A program made the translations under genes and the position numbers. The notes under the pieces were generated by a model, which had not been told where the DNA came from, searched no databases, and saw only the letters and a program-made list of their open reading frames with translations. A DNA stretch of 63,559 nucleotides, the filler included. It is 7 parts of 7 records of this genome, joined end to end, with 100 filler letters (N's around TTAATTAATTAA, not from the genome) between each part and the next. Parts side by side here need not be neighbours in the genome. Positions count along the whole stretch, not along the records: positions 54,150 to 63,559 come from SRR20825010_108; 6 more parts are not named here. One strand, written 5' to 3'. Below, piece by piece: positions 60,551 to 63,559 of the stretch (positions are counted from its first letter, which is position 1; each line of letters opens with the position of its first letter).

Positions 60551-60595
60551 AAAATAACAAGGGCTAGCAATATTGCTAACCCTTGTTATTTTTTT
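60551..60595. terminator. Bidirectional intrinsic terminator
   Basis: AAAATAACAAGGG...CCCTTGTTATTTT hairpin. Confidence 0.8.
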
Positions 60596-60606
60596 CTCCC
60601 CTAACT

Positions 60607-62118
60607 TTATTCCTCTACACTCTTAAACTTTTTAATAGCTTCATTTGGCGCTATAATATTATATCCTTCCCAAAAAGATGGATCATAATTTGGCAAATAA
60701 GTCGGAATCATAGTAGGCTCTATTTCAATTTTCTCAAATATTTCTTTATCAATTGGAGTGCTTTCAAAAATTACAAGCTCATTTTTTATGCTATTTTGAA
60801 GAGTGAAATTAACATGAGTTGCTACTTCATTTTGTTTTCTTCTGCCTTTAACATTTTTATTTTTTTCAATAATAGATAAAGGTCTATCAAAACCTACTTT
60901 TTCTGCATTTGCTTCTTCTAAATATTTTAAACTGTATTTTCCTCTTGAATTTTTTTCATATAAAAAAGTTCCTCTTTGTAAGTAATTTAAATAGGACACC
61001 CCAAAGAGGTTAATTTTTTTTAAAGGCTTTACATTTTCATAATCCAGTCTTACAACGGCAAAATCATCTGCATTTACATACATTACCCCTTTAAAATCGG
61101 CACCTCCATCTGGTTCAAACCTTATCTTATAAACCAAATCCGTTTGTAAATACACAAGTCCTTCTAATGTAAAGTCATACTTTCTAGATTTATGTATAAA
61201 ATTTAAATCGCTATCCTCATAAATAAAATTCTTTTTTAATAGACTTGATAGATAGGAGCTTCTATACTTTAAAAAATTCTCCTTTTTCTTTCTCTCTTTT
61301 TTAAGTTTATTTTCTACTATGGTATCCATTGCTTCATCTTCAAAAAATGAAGAATCTATTTCTGATTTAGCGCCAATAATGCCCGACTTTATTTTAAAAT
61401 AGGAATCTCGTTTTACATGCTTTCGCATAATTTTTTGCAACTTATCTTCAACCCCCTCAAAAGAGAGCTGATTATTTTTATCATAAAGCTCTGATGCTTT
61501 AATAATATCGAGTTTTGCTAATTGATTATCTTCCTCCATTTTTAAATAATAATCGCCTAAAACCTCTGTATGGTAAGAAGATTTCTTTGGAATTGCATTG
61601 ACAATACTATCTGTAAATTGCTGATTTATTTCTGGAATAGTACTTTCTTTAAGTTTCACTTTTTTATCTAAAACATTTGTATAATCTGAAGTTCTCAAAA
61701 ATATACGCTGTTGTACAAAATCAGTATCATAATTTATCTCCAAACTATCTTTAACTTTTTCCAGAATTTCATCTATGGTATACTGTTTATTTAATAAAAC
61801 TACTTCATCAAGTTCAATATCTTCTGTGCTTAACTCAATAGCAGTTTCAGAAAAATTATTAATTGCGTAGCTCTTTTGATTATAGCCTAAGCAACTTATA
61901 AACAGTGAATCTTTCTCTGAAGATATTGTATCAATATTGATGGTAAAATCTCCAGCTTCGGAACTTATTACCCCTGCTTTTTTATTATAAGAAATGGTTG
62001 CAAAAGGGATGGGTTCTTTGGTGGTACTATCTATTACCTTAGCCGAAATTATTTTTTGAGAAAAAACAGTGTTTAGTGATAAAAAACATACAAAAATGGT
62101 AATGTAAACTTGCTTCAT
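60607..62118 (-). CDS. Carboxypeptidase-regulatory-like domain secreted protein
   Basis: Signal peptide; VIDSTTKEPIPFATI...ISCLGY...LDEVV; C-terminal YDPSFWEGYNII. Confidence 0.85.
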   Translation of the reverse strand: MKQVYITIFVCFLSLNTVFSQKIISAKVIDSTTKEPIPFATISYNKKAGVISSEAGDFTINIDTISSEKDSLFISCLGYNQKSYAINNFSETAIELSTEDIELDEVVLLNKQYTIDEILEKVKDSLEINYDTDFVQQRIFLRTSDYTNVLDKKVKLKESTIPEINQQFTDSIVNAIPKKSSYHTEVLGDYYLKMEEDNQLAKLDIIKASELYDKNNQLSFEGVEDKLQKIMRKHVKRDSYFKIKSGIIGAKSEIDSSFFEDEAMDTIVENKLKKERKKKENFLKYRSSYLSSLLKKNFIYEDSDLNFIHKSRKYDFTLEGLVYLQTDLVYKIRFEPDGGADFKGVMYVNADDFAVVRLDYENVKPLKKINLFGVSYLNYLQRGTFLYEKNSRGKYSLKYLEEANAEKVGFDRPLSIIEKNKNVKGRRKQNEVATHVNFTLQNSIKNELVIFESTPIDKEIFEKIEIEPTMIPTYLPNYDPSFWEGYNIIAPNEAIKKFKSVEE

Positions 62119-62362
62119 ATATTATGGATTTTAATCGAAAATAGACTAAAAACTAAAATCAAATAGTTCCTTTAAGCTTTTATTATGCCATATTTATAAT
62201 TATTTAACATATAAATTTGACAGCTAAATATAGTTATAAGATTTGCCTCTTTCCATTGGTTTGTGAAGAACCTCCCAATTTCATAAAAAAATTTACCCTT
62301 TAGAAAGTTATTCCGTAACTTCGTAACCGCAAAATTTTTCAGATAAACAAAAAATCTACGAT

Positions 62363-63559
62363 ATGAGTAAATACGATGTAATCGTTTTGGGTAGTGGTCC
62401 TGGTGGCTATGTTACTGCCATTCGCGCATCGCAACTCGGTTTTAAAACTGCTGTTGTTGAAAAAGAAAACCTTGGAGGTGTATGTTTAAACTGGGGATGT
62501 ATCCCTACAAAAGCCCTTTTAAAATCGGCTCAAGTTTTTGAATATTTAAAACATGCTGACGATTACGGTATCAAGGTAAAAGATGTTGATAAAGATTTTG
62601 ACGCCGTAGTAAAAAGGAGTCGGAATGTTGCTGATGGAATGAGCAAAGGAGTTCAATTCTTGATGAAGAAAAATAAAATTGATGTTCTTGAAGGTTTCGG
62701 AAAATTAAAATCTGGAAAGAAAATCGATGTAAAAGATAAAGATGGTAAAACTACCGAATATAGTGCAGACCATATTATTATTGCTACTGGCGCACGTTCT
62801 AGAGAATTACCAAGTCTTCCACAAGACGGGAAAAAAGTAATTGGCTACCGTGAAGCTATGACCTTACCTAAACAACCAAAGAAAATGATTGTGGTTGGTA
62901 GTGGAGCTATCGGAATTGAGTTTGCTTACTTTTACAACTCTATGGGAACCGAAGTTACTGTAGTAGAATACTTACCAAACATTGTTCCTGTTGAAGATGA
63001 AGACGTTTCTAAACAATTAGAACGTAGCTTTAAAAAAGCTGGAGTAAAAATTAAAACTTCTGCTGAAGTTACTAAAGTAGATACTTCTGGAAGTGGCGTA
63101 AAAGCTACAATTAAAACTAGCAAAGGAGAAGAAGTAATAGAAGCCGACATAGTATTATCTGCTGTAGGTATTAAAACAAATATCGAAAACATTGGATTAG
63201 AGGATGTAGGTATTGCTACCGACCGTGATAAAATCTTGGTTAACGATTATTACCAAACAAATATCCCAGGATATTATGCTATTGGTGATGTTACTCCTGG
63301 ACAAGCATTGGCACACGTTGCTTCTGCTGAAGGAATTCTTTGTGTAGAAAAAATTGCTGGAATGCATGTAGAAGCTTTAGACTATGGAAATATTCCTGGT
63401 TGTACCTATGCTACCCCAGAAATTGCTTCTGTAGGATTAACTGAAAAACAAGCTAAGGAAAAAGGCTACGAACTTAAGATTGGTAAATTCCCTTTCTCAG
63501 CTAGTGGAAAAGCAAAAGCTTCTGGAACACCAGATGGTTTTGTAAAAGTTATTTTTGAT
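62363..63559 (+). CDS. lpdA: Dihydrolipoyl dehydrogenase, 3'-truncated (absent from the ORF track)
   Basis: MSKYDVIVLGSGPGGY, GGVCLNWGCIPTK, IIATGAR, GSGAIGIE, YAIGDV, LAHVASAEG. Confidence 0.97.
   Translation, partial: MSKYDVIVLGSGPGGYVTAIRASQLGFKTAVVEKENLGGVCLNWGCIPTKALLKSAQVFEYLKHADDYGIKVKDVDKDFDAVVKRSRNVADGMSKGVQFLMKKNKIDVLEGFGKLKSGKKIDVKDKDGKTTEYSADHIIIATGARSRELPSLPQDGKKVIGYREAMTLPKQPKKMIVVGSGAIGIEFAYFYNSMGTEVTVVEYLPNIVPVEDEDVSKQLERSFKKAGVKIKTSAEVTKVDTSGSGVKATIKTSKGEEVIEADIVLSAVGIKTNIENIGLEDVGIATDRDKILVNDYYQTNIPGYYAIGDVTPGQALAHVASAEGILCVEKIAGMHVEALDYGNIPGCTYATPEIASVGLTEKQAKEKGYELKIGKFPFSASGKAKASGTPDGFVKVIFD

Noticed and set aside
62932-63192. Minus-strand 86-aa ORF
   Set aside because: Antisense shadow of lpdA, like most short ORFs overlapping the called genes.

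Overview
This window is not one genome. It is seven unrelated contigs joined by 100-nt N/TTAATTAATTAA/N linkers. (1) 1-6808, Bacteroidota: 5' half of tRNA-Tyr, M1 aminopeptidase, biotin carrier, pyrH, frr, DUF5686-type protein. (2) 6909-14074, GC-rich gammaproteobacterium (Alcanivorax-like by inference): META lipoprotein, flavin reductase, hydrolase, rpiA, ilvA, ygfA, 6S RNA. (3) 14175-29716, genomic island beside a tRNA-Leu 3' end: phage relics, then a 13-gene AT-richer biosynthetic cluster (radical SAM with CxxCxxC, phosphoketolase, ATP-grasp, adenylating ligase, PhyH dioxygenase, two methyltransferases, enolase-family, HAD, HIT, creatininase), ending in an IS5 fragment. (4) 29817-39134, alphaproteobacterium: a lambda-like immunity module with five TTACG-N5-CGTAA operators, whose PL-like promoter points into a 0.75-1.3 kb ORF-poor, densely base-paired region that is a candidate large structured ncRNA. 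(5) 39235-46008, intron-containing eukaryote: a plant-type SLAC1 anion channel gene, a sterol desaturase/hydroxylase gene and a nested palindrome. (6) 46109-54049 and (7) 54150-63559, Flavobacteriaceae-like housekeeping regions. The two strongest novelty candidates are the repressor-controlled structured RNA (about 34470-35770) and the island-borne biosynthetic cluster (17148-29389). All family calls come from reading motifs by eye; no searches were run.
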